Made by a program: the position numbers and the translations under genes
Assembly (NCBI GenBank): GCA_945877805.1
Contig: CAMCSM010000006.1
Coordinates: 1 to 50,906, forward strand
Direction: 5' to 3'
Source of the DNA: Methylacidiphilum caldifontis
Lineage (GTDB): Bacteria; Verrucomicrobiota; Verrucomicrobiia; Methylacidiphilales; CAMAQI01
DNA: 50,906 nucleotides
Notes under the pieces: model-generated
Seen by the model: only the letters and a program-made list of their open reading frames with translations
Told to the model about the DNA's origin: nothing
The model's database searches: none
Shown here: positions 9,078 to 19,070 of the stretch, in pieces
How the letters are laid out: every line of letters begins with the position of its first letter
Position numbering within the stretch: position 1 is the stretch's first letter

Positions 9078-9323
9078 TTAGCCTCCGCTGACGGGGGGGA
9101 TGATGGCAAGGACTTGAGAATTGAGGATCGGTTGATCCCAGGAGCTATATTCTTCATCTAAGGCGACGCGGAAAGTGGTATGAGTGGCTGTAAATCCCGG
9201 TTGGATCGATTCGAGGATCGCTCGCGGGGTTGAATGGGGATCAAGAACAAGATTTTTCTCTGAGAATCCGAGAAGGTCACGAGCTTGAGCAAAGGGGAGG
9301 ATCTTGAGGGGAGTGGAACTCAT
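9078..9323 (-). CDS. moaD: molybdopterin synthase sulfur carrier
   Basis: 81 aa ubiquitin-like protein ending PPVSGG, between moaA and moaE. Confidence 0.94.
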   Translation of the reverse strand: MSSTPLKILPFAQARDLLGFSEKNLVLDPHSTPRAILESIQPGFTATHTTFRVALDEEYSSWDQPILNSQVLAIIPPVSGG

Positions 9324-9326
9324 GGT

Positions 9327-10340
9327 TTATCCTCCGATCGCTGTCATAATACGCTGAGGTTGGTACTGGTTACGGAATTGATGCTCGAGGGGCTTCTCTC
9401 TGAGGGAGGATTGGAAAACCTCTTGGAGTCGATCGTGCAAGATTTGTGGGCGTAGAAGGGGTTTGAGATCGAATTCGAGATGATTGCCGAGGCAGGGACG
9501 AATTTTTCCATCTGCTGTGAGGCGCATTTTATTGCAGTTATCGCAAAAATGAAGGTCGGTCAGGGCTCCGATGAACCCAATTTTTACCCCGCTTTCTTTG
9601 AGCGAGTAATATTGAGCGGGGCCAAATCCGAGTTTTGTCGGGAAGGGGAGGAGCTCCTCCTTTTGACGGATGATCTCCATGACCTCGGCAATCGGGAGAA
9701 AATTAGACTCATTCAGCATCTCCGTCAGACTTAACGGCATCAGCTCAATAAAGCGAAGCGCGACATTCTGTTCGTGAGCAAAATCAATGAGCGGTAAAAT
9801 CTCGGTTTCATTTTTTCCGCGCATGAGAACGGTATTGAGTTTGATCGAGGGAAAGCCGATTTTTCGACACTGCTTAATTCCTTCAATCACAGGCTCTACT
9901 TTTCCGCGAGTGATCTGAAAGTAACGGTCGGGATCGAGGGCATCGAGACTGATATTGATTTTACGGAGTCCCGCTTCAAAGAGCGGTTGTGCCAGCTCGG
10001 GAAGTCGTGTTCCATTGGTTGTCATCGAGACGGTGGCGACTCCGGGAAGGCGGGTGATTTGAGCAATGAGATCGACGACTCCTGTTCGAAGCAGAGGCTC
10101 CCCGCCTGTAATTCGAAAATTCTTAAACCCGTGTTGAATCGATGCTTGGATGATCGCGATAATTTCTTGATCCGTGAGAATCTCCTCGCGAGGGGTCCAA
10201 TCACTGAATTGTTCCGGCATGCAATAGAGGCAGCGTTCGTTACAGCGATCGGTAATTGAAATTCGAAGATAGTCAACCGTTCGAATCACCGGACGGGCGC
10301 TTTGAGCGGGAAGCGAGGCGATTGAGGGGGCGAGTGTCAT
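9327..10340 (-). CDS. moaA: GTP 3',8-cyclase
   Basis: YLRISITDRCNERCLYC, C-terminal CxxCx13C cluster, terminal IGG. Confidence 0.96.
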   Translation of the reverse strand: MTLAPSIASLPAQSARPVIRTVDYLRISITDRCNERCLYCMPEQFSDWTPREEILTDQEIIAIIQASIQHGFKNFRITGGEPLLRTGVVDLIAQITRLPGVATVSMTTNGTRLPELAQPLFEAGLRKINISLDALDPDRYFQITRGKVEPVIEGIKQCRKIGFPSIKLNTVLMRGKNETEILPLIDFAHEQNVALRFIELMPLSLTEMLNESNFLPIAEVMEIIRQKEELLPFPTKLGFGPAQYYSLKESGVKIGFIGALTDLHFCDNCNKMRLTADGKIRPCLGNHLEFDLKPLLRPQILHDRLQEVFQSSLREKPLEHQFRNQYQPQRIMTAIGG

Positions 10341-10452
10341 TTCAAAGTGAAGATTAGCGAACCCTTTTAGAAAATAAACGCTTAATTTTTACCTGTTTTT
10401 AAAAATAACCCCTTTTCAACGCTTAGGGAGTAGGCTAATCCAGTAGCCACTG

Positions 10453-11007
10453 ATGAATTTAAGTCCTCTTCAAATAATGCTGATTCGAGAGTGTACTCGA
10501 GATGAAGTGGCGTTTACAAAGATGTTAGATCTCTATGTGAGTTTAGCGCGTCAGGCCTCGGAAAGAATTCCTGAGTCTGCGGAAAAAGAGTTATTTTCAA
10601 CGATTGAAAAAAATGAGCAAAAGAGTCAAGAGGCCAACGATCTCACTCGACCTTTTATTGGAGTGATTGATGATAGTGCTTCATTGAATGAAATTGTGAA
10701 GAGGGTTTTAGAGCATGAGGGATTTCGGGTCAATTGTTGGCTGAGTGCGGTGGATTTGTTGGAGGGTCAATATGAGATTCCTCATTTAATTCTCTTGGAT
10801 ATAGAGATGCCCGATATGAATGGGGCGGTTGCGATGGATCGGTTTAAAGCAGATCCGCGGTTTGCTCACACAAAAATTATTTTTATGACCGGATTAGTCG
10901 GCCAGCAAGAGGCAGAAGAGCTAAGTCTTCCTGGAAAAACAGCTTATCTCTCGAAGCCGTTTACAAAGGAGCAATTGATTAAGCTTGTGAGGAAAAGTTT
11001 AGGATAA
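10453..11007 (+). CDS. single receiver-domain response regulator with a ~60 aa N-terminal extension
   Basis: VIDDS, LLDIEMP (phospho-Asp), FMTG, SKPF; no output domain. Confidence 0.88.
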   Translation: MNLSPLQIMLIRECTRDEVAFTKMLDLYVSLARQASERIPESAEKELFSTIEKNEQKSQEANDLTRPFIGVIDDSASLNEIVKRVLEHEGFRVNCWLSAVDLLEGQYEIPHLILLDIEMPDMNGAVAMDRFKADPRFAHTKIIFMTGLVGQQEAEELSLPGKTAYLSKPFTKEQLIKLVRKSLG

Positions 11008-11020
11008 ATTCGGAAATTTT

Positions 11021-12592
11021 CTATTGAGGGCGAATTTGCCAAAGTTGATATTCACTGTTTTGAAAAAGTTTTAATTTTTTAAATTGAATTTTAGAGGCTG
11101 TTTTTGTTCGCGGTTGGAGAATTAAGAGCGATCTCCCTTTCCACTCTTCGGGGATTTCCCCGCTTTTAAAGAATGCTTTTTGGATCGCTAGATTTTTCTC
11201 GGAAAAAGGGGTAAACCACCAAAAGGCATACCAAGGGCGAACGGAGGAATAGGTGGGAGCCAGGTAAGTCATGATTCGATCTTCTGAAACCAAGAGGTCT
11301 TGATTGGTGGCATTTTCATTTAACCAATCAAAAATCTCTTTTTGAGCGACGGTATGATAGTGTCCGGTCGGCTTGAGAATGTGGGAGGTGATCCAACTGG
11401 CGTTATCGCTGAGAAAGAGGAGCAGTAAGAGGAGGATCGAGAGCATCGAATTGGATTTTTTTTGAATCGATCGAATGAAAGAATGAATTCCGGGGAGGGC
11501 GATGAAAAATAAAAAGGTCCAAAGATAGCCGCGATCGAAGTGAAGCGGCTGAATCGGGGGGATGATTCGATCATGAAAGACGAGTCCTAGGGTCATGAAG
11601 AATCCAAGAAGCAGCAGACGATGGGCCGGTCGTTGGAGCCATGGAAGCGGATATTGTTTTTTGCGTAATCCCCACCAAATCATCAAGAATAAAGGGAGAA
11701 GATTTAAGAAAAAGGTAATTTCGTGCATCGAAAAGCTGATCTTCCATGAGGTCATCATCGATTGATGTTCGAGGTCTTTTCCGAGATAAACGAGGTAGTA
11801 GCCGAGGTGTCCAAAAACAAGGAACAGAGCGGTCAGTGGGGCCCACCAAGGCGGGGAATTTTGATTGCGATCCAGAAAATATTCGAGCGTGAGCCAAGAG
11901 GTTAAAATCAAAAGAAATTGAATTCCCGTAAAGGGATGACAGATCGACAAGAGAAACCCCGTGGCCAGCATGAGGGCCCATTGTTTTCGGACTCCAAAAA
12001 TAATTCCGAGGAAGAAGAGCAGGTGATAGATCGACTCGAGGGGATAGATAAAATTTCTCCCCAAATTGAGAAACCACCATCCTCCCGAAGGATCGAAGAG
12101 CAGCCAGTCTCTCGCATCATGATTGAGATAGAGTGAAAAACAGAGTCCTCCCACCGAGATGAGGCCGCCGCCCCAGATAAAAATGAGGAGGTAAGAGAGA
12201 TCGAGGGGGCGAATTAAGGGATGGAAATATTCAAACAGGGCGATTGCGGTTCGAATGGCGAAGAGAGCCGCCGGAATACCAAAGAGCATCAAGAGAAGTC
12301 CAGGATCGATGTGTGTAAAATTCCAGAGAATTCCGAGAAGTAATGTGGGGGGCTGAAAATAGTGTCTTTTTGTTTCCGGATGGGGACTGAACGGGTTTCC
12401 GTAGGAAAGGGGAGGAGTTCCTCCATCAAAGTATTCTCGGGCGATTGCCATATAATAGGGCATATCATCCTGAAGAAAAAAAGAGGGGATTTGATTTTCA
12501 GAGCGGTGCTTAAAATGACTGAAATTCAGAAGAAGAACGGGGAGTAATAAAAAAAAGGCTAGTAACCAGCGATTTAATTTCTTGATTCCCAT
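11021..12592 (-). CDS. polytopic membrane protein, possible GT-C fold glycosyltransferase
   Basis: About 11-13 hydrophobic segments, acidic QDDMPYY motif in the first external loop, HP motif, soluble C-terminal domain. Confidence 0.55.
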   Translation of the reverse strand: MGIKKLNRWLLAFFLLLPVLLLNFSHFKHRSENQIPSFFLQDDMPYYMAIAREYFDGGTPPLSYGNPFSPHPETKRHYFQPPTLLLGILWNFTHIDPGLLLMLFGIPAALFAIRTAIALFEYFHPLIRPLDLSYLLIFIWGGGLISVGGLCFSLYLNHDARDWLLFDPSGGWWFLNLGRNFIYPLESIYHLLFFLGIIFGVRKQWALMLATGFLLSICHPFTGIQFLLILTSWLTLEYFLDRNQNSPPWWAPLTALFLVFGHLGYYLVYLGKDLEHQSMMTSWKISFSMHEITFFLNLLPLFLMIWWGLRKKQYPLPWLQRPAHRLLLLGFFMTLGLVFHDRIIPPIQPLHFDRGYLWTFLFFIALPGIHSFIRSIQKKSNSMLSILLLLLLFLSDNASWITSHILKPTGHYHTVAQKEIFDWLNENATNQDLLVSEDRIMTYLAPTYSSVRPWYAFWWFTPFSEKNLAIQKAFFKSGEIPEEWKGRSLLILQPRTKTASKIQFKKLKLFQNSEYQLWQIRPQ

Positions 12593-12598
12593 GAAAGT

Positions 12599-13294
12599 CT
12601 AAGGAGTTGGTGGATTCTGAGACTCCATATTAAAGGTCGTGAGGCGTCCACGCAAGATTCCTCCTTGATCGACGGAAATCTCTTCGCAACAAATTCTTTT
12701 TGAGGAGAGATTTCCTTTTTCATGAATGATAATTTTTTTGGCTCTGACTTGAATGCAGTTGACTTCACCGTTGACCTCAAGAAGCGGCGTAATCAAAAAG
12801 CGGGCTTTTGCGGAGGATTTGTGAGCGATCGTTATTTTGGGGGCTTCCAGCTTTCCATCGAGCGAGCCATTCCCTGAGAGCACGGCCTCCTCTCGTGCGA
12901 TCAGACGGGCGCGTACCTTGCAGCATATTTCAATTTTACTGGCCGCGATCTCGATTCCCTCGTAACGCTTTCTGCCTCTGAGGGTGACAGTGCCTAAGGT
13001 ATTGATTTGGGTGTCATCGCCGGCACTGAGTTCGTAGGATTGAAGATTGAGGTGAGAAGAGCATTGCAGGCAGGTACTTGACATGGCGGATTCGACGACA
13101 CGAAGTGAATATTGGCACTGAGGGCAGGTGATCGTTTTCGTCGCTTTTGGGGATCGGACCGCCGGTTTTAAAATCGATTCCGAGGCTCGGATATAACTTC
13201 CACAGGCTCGACAGTTCGTGGAAATAAGTCCCTCAGGCTCTGACTGTTGATGCTGGCACTGAGAACAGTGAACTTGGATCATCGGCTTATTCAT
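12599..13294 (-). CDS. zinc-ribbon plus bactofilin (polymer-forming cytoskeletal) protein
   Basis: Four CxxC motifs (CSQC, CRAC, CPQC, CLQC) followed by beta-helix-like repeats ending ISVDQGGILRG. Confidence 0.75.
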   Translation of the reverse strand: MNKPMIQVHCSQCQHQQSEPEGLISTNCRACGSYIRASESILKPAVRSPKATKTITCPQCQYSLRVVESAMSSTCLQCSSHLNLQSYELSAGDDTQINTLGTVTLRGRKRYEGIEIAASKIEICCKVRARLIAREEAVLSGNGSLDGKLEAPKITIAHKSSAKARFLITPLLEVNGEVNCIQVRAKKIIIHEKGNLSSKRICCEEISVDQGGILRGRLTTFNMESQNPPTP

Positions 13295-13571
13295 CGGAGG
13301 AGGAAAAGGTTGAGAAAGTGAAAGGAATTTTTAACCAAAGCGGAATTCGTGTTCCGACTTGGACCTCGGCATTGATTTTAGATCCCGGTTCGATTTTGAG
13401 AGTTTCGCTTCGAATCGTTCCCTGAAGAATTGCTTTGGGATCGCAAAGGAGTTGGCGTTTGGTTTTTATCTTTCCGAGATATTGGGTAGAAAGATGAACC
13501 GATTGAGGGGAGGTGAGATCTCCCTTCATTTTGAGCTGGTCAGTAATGTGTAACGATTCCGGTAGATCCAC
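13287..13571 (-). CDS. short bactofilin-like protein
   Basis: MKGDL...GKI...A.LQGTI.SETLKIEPGSKINA beta-helix pattern; GTG start preceded by GAGGA; overlaps the next gene. Confidence 0.7.
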   Translation of the reverse strand: MDLPESLHITDQLKMKGDLTSPQSVHLSTQYLGKIKTKRQLLCDPKAILQGTIRSETLKIEPGSKINAEVQVGTRIPLWLKIPFTFSTFSSSDE

Positions 13572-13622
13572 TCCTCAGTTGTAGCAGATCATTTTTCAAA
13601 AGTCTATGGGAAGGAACCTTTT

Positions 13623-15068
13623 TTAAAGAGCGACTTCTTCGAGTTCCGGGCTTAAAGGATCTGTTTCTGAATATTCTTTTAATTTATTGCGGAGGGTACG
13701 GACATTGATGTCGAGGAGCTTTGCTGCCTCGTTGCGATTGCCTTTTGTTCTCTGAAGGGCTTCGAGAATTAATTGTTTTTCCATTTCAGCCACACTAGGG
13801 AATCCCTTTGAGGAGGTTTCCAAGACGTTTTGAATGGTGATCGAAGAGTTTTGAACGAGGCCTGGTGTTGTCACGTTTGCGAGAGCGGGAGGCGGGGAAA
13901 AGGTAAGATTGGGAATCAGGTCATCAAATTGGATCATCTCCACTCCATCCCAAAGAATAATCGCACGTTCGGCACAGTTTTGAAGCTCCCGAACGTTTCC
14001 AGGCCATGGATAGGAATTGATCTTATGGATGGCATCCGGACTCAGTACGGGAGTCGGCTTGTTATGGCGACGGGCAAAACGTTCGATAAAGGCTTCGATC
14101 AGGAAAAAGGCCTCTCCTGGTCGCTCTCGGAGAGCAGGAATCGAGATTGGAACGACATTCAATCGGAAGTAGAGATCTTGACGGAAAATTCCCTTTTCGA
14201 CGGCTTTGAGCAAATCACGATTACTGGTGGCGATGATCCGAACGTCGACGCGAATGGTTCGATTTCCTCCGACTCTCTCAAACTCTTGCTCTTGAATGGC
14301 ACGGAGTAACTTTGCTTGAAGGCCTAAACTAATTTCGGTGACTTCGTCCAATAGAAGAGTTCCTCCAGAAGCGAGCTCAAATCGGCCCTCTCGTTTGACA
14401 CTTGCCCCTGTGAATGATCCTTTTTCGTGCCCAAAAAACTCACTTTCAAGGAGGTTTTCAGGAACCGCGGCGCAATTCACTTTGATATACGGTTTATCCT
14501 TACGGGAACTGTTGGCATGGATCGCTCGGGCAACGAGCTCTTTTCCCGTTCCGCTTTCCCCTTGAATGAGGACCGTTGCATTGGTCGGAGCGACTCGTTG
14601 GATTAATTTTTGCACCGATTCCATAGGGGTGCTTGAAAAGAGGAGTTCAGGAGAGGAGACTTGCTGTTGCTCTCTTAAATAGGAGTTCTCGCTCCGGAGC
14701 TGCCGTTGTTGAATGAGTTGATTGAGGGCGACATCGAACTGCTCTAAGGTAAACGGTTTAAGAAGGTAATTCGCCGCTCCTAACTTCATGGCATCGACGG
14801 CCGACTCAATCGTACCGAAGCCGGTAATAATAATGACATCGACATTGGGATGACTTTTTTTGACCTGTTGCATGACTTCCAATCCGCTGGCATCGGGAAG
14901 TTGCAGGTCGACAATCATGAGGTCAGCAGGTTCTTTTTTTTGTTCCTCAAGGGCTTGTTGGGCATTCATGACCCCTAAGGCGACTTGGTTCTGCTTCTGT
15001 AAATGGCTGACGAGCATCCGACGAATAATCGGATCGTCATCGACGATAATAATTTTCTCAAATTGCAT
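13623..15068 (-). CDS. sigma54-dependent response regulator (NtrC/FleR family: REC, AAA+, Fis-HTH)
   Basis: VDDD...VDLQLP receiver, GESGTGKE, GSFTGA, LLDE, WPGNVREL, C-terminal HTH (AAKLLDINVRTLRNKL). Confidence 0.95.
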   Translation of the reverse strand: MQFEKIIIVDDDPIIRRMLVSHLQKQNQVALGVMNAQQALEEQKKEPADLMIVDLQLPDASGLEVMQQVKKSHPNVDVIIITGFGTIESAVDAMKLGAANYLLKPFTLEQFDVALNQLIQQRQLRSENSYLREQQQVSSPELLFSSTPMESVQKLIQRVAPTNATVLIQGESGTGKELVARAIHANSSRKDKPYIKVNCAAVPENLLESEFFGHEKGSFTGASVKREGRFELASGGTLLLDEVTEISLGLQAKLLRAIQEQEFERVGGNRTIRVDVRIIATSNRDLLKAVEKGIFRQDLYFRLNVVPISIPALRERPGEAFFLIEAFIERFARRHNKPTPVLSPDAIHKINSYPWPGNVRELQNCAERAIILWDGVEMIQFDDLIPNLTFSPPPALANVTTPGLVQNSSITIQNVLETSSKGFPSVAEMEKQLILEALQRTKGNRNEAAKLLDINVRTLRNKLKEYSETDPLSPELEEVAL

Positions 15069-15261
15069 AGAGACTTAGTCCCTCACTGTTTGAATTCTTC
15101 GCAATATTTTTCGTCGGAACGAAAAATATTTGGAAAATCCCGAAAACAAAAAATAAAAAAACTGTATTTTTAAAATTCATAAATCGGAATTCAATGTGAT
15201 TGGAGTGGGGTAGAGAATATTTTCATTGCGTAGATATCCGTGGTTTTGGTCTATGACCGAT

Positions 15262-16455
15262 TTATGGAGGGGTCACGGGCAAAGGGGTGCTATCCGCTTT
15301 TACTTGGGTGGTGCTTTTTAAGTCGCTTTCAAGTTTGGCCTGCATTTTAGAGAGGGATTCTTTCCATTCATTCCATCCTTCATCTCGTTTGTTTTTGTGG
15401 GAACTAGTAGCGACTTGAGTGGTGTTTTCAGTTCGACTTAAAAGTATTTTATAATAGTCAAATATTCCTTTGAGCTCATCACTGCTTTCAACTGTGATTA
15501 ACTCGTTCAAAAATGCAGATTGTTTCTGCGGATCTGCTTTTAAATTATCGAGGAGAAGGGAGGCGCAGCGCTGTTGCCAATAGGTGGTTTGATCTTGATG
15601 AAGATTTCGAACGAGCCAAATAAAGCTCTCGAGGGCTTGGGACTGTTTTTTTGGATTTTCTGAGAGGCCAAATAAAGTCATCAATCGGAGTTGAGCCTCG
15701 GGAGCAAAAGGATGGAAAGGGGAAACGGCAAGAGCGGTTTGATATTTTTCCGTTGATTTGATCATATCCCCTAACTGATAGGCACAATCGGCTTGACGGT
15801 AGAGCGCGGTATTACTGAGTTCCGTGCTTTCTGGATTTTGTTCACGAAACCGTTGAAAAAGTTCATCGGCCCGTTCCCAATTTGCCGATTGATATTCCGT
15901 CTCTGCAATCTCCCAAGTCGCTGCTTTTCGGAGAAGTTGAGGGGTGGAAAGATCTGTTTTATCTGATTTTGCTGCTTTGGCGACGGCCGAAGTTAAAGTT
16001 CGATAAAAGGCTTCGCGAGCTCGATAGGTGGCCTGCATATCTCGAAAACATTGACCTAGAATCAAATAAGCATTGGAGGCCTCAGGGCGTTCTGGAAATT
16101 GTTCCAACCATGAGCTGAGCCTGACAATCGCTTCCGACTGTTTGCCTGTCTCTAAAGTGATCATGGCACGTAAAAATAACGCTCGGGCTTTGGTATCCTT
16201 CGTTAAATCACGCCTTTGGAGGAGATTGTCGAGGAGAGTAACCGCCATGACATGATCTTTACGACGCGCGAACTCTGCGGCAGCTTCAACGGGATCGGTA
16301 ATATAAGAGGGGGGAGTGGACTCGACACTTGACTCAGATTTTTTTGAGGAGTTTTGTGTTGAGGCCTCTTCTGCCTTTACCGCCTCTTCGGCATGGAGCA
16401 GGATTGATCCAAATCCAATGAGGAGTGAGTAGAGGAAGCGAGGACTATTTTTCAT
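15262..16455 (-). CDS. exported tetratricopeptide repeat protein
   Basis: Signal peptide (..ILLHA-EE) and TPR-like helices (AYLILGQCF, ALYRQADCAYQLG, P.HPFAPEA). Confidence 0.8.
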   Translation of the reverse strand: MKNSPRFLYSLLIGFGSILLHAEEAVKAEEASTQNSSKKSESSVESTPPSYITDPVEAAAEFARRKDHVMAVTLLDNLLQRRDLTKDTKARALFLRAMITLETGKQSEAIVRLSSWLEQFPERPEASNAYLILGQCFRDMQATYRAREAFYRTLTSAVAKAAKSDKTDLSTPQLLRKAATWEIAETEYQSANWERADELFQRFREQNPESTELSNTALYRQADCAYQLGDMIKSTEKYQTALAVSPFHPFAPEAQLRLMTLFGLSENPKKQSQALESFIWLVRNLHQDQTTYWQQRCASLLLDNLKADPQKQSAFLNELITVESSDELKGIFDYYKILLSRTENTTQVATSSHKNKRDEGWNEWKESLSKMQAKLESDLKSTTQVKADSTPLPVTPP

Positions 16456-16463
16456 AAAAAGAG

Positions 16464-17363
16464 TTATTTTTTAGGAGTTGAATAGATGACGGCCCCCCCC
16501 GAAGGAGGAGCGGATTGAGAGCCCGTGTAGGGAAAGCGAATTTTAAGGAAGACATCATTGGCCCGAGTCGCATCTTGTTGGGCTTCATTTGACTTATATT
16601 GTTCTTGTATCTCTTGTGCCATCTCGGGAGATTTTTGATTCTCTTTCACCCATTGAAGGAAGGGGGAGACGGTGACCTGGGGTTCTTCTTGAGGAATCAG
16701 TTGCTTTAAGGCTTTCTCATTCTCAATAATGGCCTCCGCTTGTTCCATCCGTTTTTTATAAACCATTTCAGGGCTATTTTCAGCCGGCTCTACTCTTGGC
16801 TTTGCCTTTGGAGTGACAGAAACGAGTTTAGGTCTCCCCATGGGAAGCAAGGTATCTGGCATTGGGGGGAGTTTGACATCGGAGCCTGCGACTACGTTTT
16901 GGGCATAGTTTCTGTCTTGAATGAATGGAATGAGGTTATTCGGAGGGAGCGTTGTTTCGATCTGTGCCGAGGAGATCGAGGGATTTGAATCTTTTGTCGA
17001 AATCACCGTCGGTCCCTTCTCTTTTTTTTCTTTAGAGTCTTTAACTCCCCACATCTCATTAAACAGCTTTTGTGCTGAGGCAAAAGTCGATTGATCCGTT
17101 GAATCCGGTTCAGCAGCGGATTTTTCGAGGGTCTCCACCGATTTTTCTGCATCGAGGGTCTCTGTCGTATCTAAGGAGGGCTCTTTGCTTTCCCCAGATA
17201 TGGCACTTGCGACGATCTTTTTCTCGTATTCAATGACAGCCGCTTGAGCACTCAGATCTTCAGAGGCTTGAGGGTGTGTTTGAATGGTAGGAGTTTCAGC
17301 TTCCTGTCCGAGCAACATCCTTGTTGCCAGAATTGAACATAACAATCCCTTGTATGTTTTCAT
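16464..17363 (-). CDS. exported hypothetical protein, low complexity
   Basis: Signal-like MKTYKGLLCSILA; rich in E/K/P/S. ATG 17363 follows the upstream stop by 4 nt. Confidence 0.7.
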   Translation of the reverse strand: MKTYKGLLCSILATRMLLGQEAETPTIQTHPQASEDLSAQAAVIEYEKKIVASAISGESKEPSLDTTETLDAEKSVETLEKSAAEPDSTDQSTFASAQKLFNEMWGVKDSKEKKEKGPTVISTKDSNPSISSAQIETTLPPNNLIPFIQDRNYAQNVVAGSDVKLPPMPDTLLPMGRPKLVSVTPKAKPRVEPAENSPEMVYKKRMEQAEAIIENEKALKQLIPQEEPQVTVSPFLQWVKENQKSPEMAQEIQEQYKSNEAQQDATRANDVFLKIRFPYTGSQSAPPSGGAVIYSTPKK

Positions 17364-17367
17364 AGTT

Positions 17368-18492
17368 TTAGAATCCTTCTTTTGCAGCCTCTCGGCTGGC
17401 ATAGATTATGAGGTCCTTGGTTTCCGCGAAAGTTTTGGCTTGAGCGATAAATTCTGGAGATCCAGCAACTCGGTACTTAATGCTTAAATCAACGCAATTT
17501 TGCATAATCGTGAGCATGAGTTTGATCGTCCCCATCTCAATTTTCGTTAGCTCGGTCATATCAATAATCATCTTAGCGACGCCAGATTCGACCATTTCCT
17601 GAGTTTTCGGTTTAATATGCGAATTGATTTCGTTGGCAATAATGTCTGAAATAGAATTCGGAATTCTTGAGATCATTAACGCGGCTCCATCCATCTTGAA
17701 GTACTTTGCGGAAGTATCGAGGCTCATCGCTTTCGTGAGACGGAAGTTTAAATCCCCTGGATCGATCGGTTTTGTGATGATTCCTGTAAATCCAATGGAT
17801 TGTGCTTGGGCCTGCTCCTCTAATGCTGTTTTAATACACATTCCAAAGACAGGAATGCTTTTTGTCTTTGGATTTGCACGGATCATTTGGAAGAAGTTAA
17901 AGGCGGCGCGGTCTGGTAAAGAAAGACTGACCAAAACGGCATCGGGATTTTCTCGGGCAGAGATATCGATCGCCTCTCCACATTGGGCCGTTCCAATGAC
18001 GGTCCAAGGATATTCGGCAATCGCATCTTGAACCTGTTGAATAATCGCTTGTTTATCATCAACGACTAAAATAGTAGCAGGATCGGTGATGCTTTTTGCT
18101 TTTCCGGATCCACTCCCTTTTGCTTGTAGGTCAACGATTCGACCCGCTTTTTCAATGAGAGCCTCCTCTTTAAACGGCTTAATCATGTAGTCACGGACAC
18201 CAATTCGAGCGATTTTGACGACATTCTCTCTTCCTGCTTCTGCGGTGAGCATGATGACAGGGATATCTTTAAGGAGAGGATCCGATTTGAGCTTTGTGAG
18301 GGTTTCAACCCCATCCATCACAGGCATTGTCACATCGAGAATGATTAAATTCGGATTTTCACGAGTCGCAACGGCCAGTCCTTCCACTCCATTTGTGGCA
18401 TAAAAAAGTTGAACATCATAAGGCTTAAAAGCTTTACCGATGACCATATGGATCATTTTACTGTCATCAACGCTAAGAATTTTCGGTGTCAT
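17368..18492 (-). CDS. response regulator with REC, pseudo-REC and STAS-like domains
   Basis: First REC is canonical (VDDS, LDVTMP, LTAE, KPF). Second REC has S at the phospho-Asp position (LVSLSLP). C-terminus has a STAS-like IIDMTELTKIE motif. Confidence 0.85.
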   Translation of the reverse strand: MTPKILSVDDSKMIHMVIGKAFKPYDVQLFYATNGVEGLAVATRENPNLIILDVTMPVMDGVETLTKLKSDPLLKDIPVIMLTAEAGRENVVKIARIGVRDYMIKPFKEEALIEKAGRIVDLQAKGSGSGKAKSITDPATILVVDDKQAIIQQVQDAIAEYPWTVIGTAQCGEAIDISARENPDAVLVSLSLPDRAAFNFFQMIRANPKTKSIPVFGMCIKTALEEQAQAQSIGFTGIITKPIDPGDLNFRLTKAMSLDTSAKYFKMDGAALMISRIPNSISDIIANEINSHIKPKTQEMVESGVAKMIIDMTELTKIEMGTIKLMLTIMQNCVDLSIKYRVAGSPEFIAQAKTFAETKDLIIYASREAAKEGF

Positions 18493-18504
18493 GATACTGT
18501 TCCT

Positions 18505-18981
18505 TTATTCGTCAAGTTTTGCAAAAACTAAAGTGGAGATTACGTCTTGGGTTCCGTCCACTGTAAATTGGTTGGAAAGACTGAGGTTGCCATCGGCAAC
18601 GTCGATGGTGATTGGATTGCCTCGTAAAACGGTCGGAATACTGAGCTTACAGTTAAATCCTTTATCGGCCATTTTAGATTTTAGATTCCCAGTCACCATG
18701 TTCGTAAATTCTCCAATCACATCGTTCTCCTCTTGAGAGGAGCGAGTGGGATCATCCCCTAAGATCGAGTTACAGACTTTTTTGACGAGATTCGCTGAAA
18801 AAACGAGATAGACCACTCCATTGAGCTTTCCTGTGACACTTACAGAGCCCACGATTCCGTCGGCAGTAAATGGGGGGGTCGCTATTTCTGGAAACTCTTC
18901 ATTACATGTGATGTCGATTGAGGCCATTGTGGAAAAGACCTCTCGGACAGCACCCCTTACAAACAAAGTAATATCGTGCAT
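18505..18981 (-). CDS. cheX: CheX-family phosphatase
   Basis: EVFSTM, G.V...G...G, D.IGEFTNMVTG (ExxN), LSIPTVLRG. Confidence 0.9.
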   Translation of the reverse strand: MHDITLFVRGAVREVFSTMASIDITCNEEFPEIATPPFTADGIVGSVSVTGKLNGVVYLVFSANLVKKVCNSILGDDPTRSSQEENDVIGEFTNMVTGNLKSKMADKGFNCKLSIPTVLRGNPITIDVADGNLSLSNQFTVDGTQDVISTLVFAKLDE

Positions 18982-19070
18982 TCATTACTAGTTTCACCCA
19001 TAAATGAAAAAATTTCAATGCTTTTGTAAGAAAATTCCCTCTTTTTTAACGATTTAGGTATTTTTTTACA

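Noticed and set aside
8633-9157. Extended N-termini of rplM (8686) and moaE (9157); likewise GT2 34248, arsS 36084, SBP 39127, rarA 47264 and cynS 49702
   Set aside because: The extensions overlap neighbouring genes or promoters; downstream ATGs match family N-termini or coupling.
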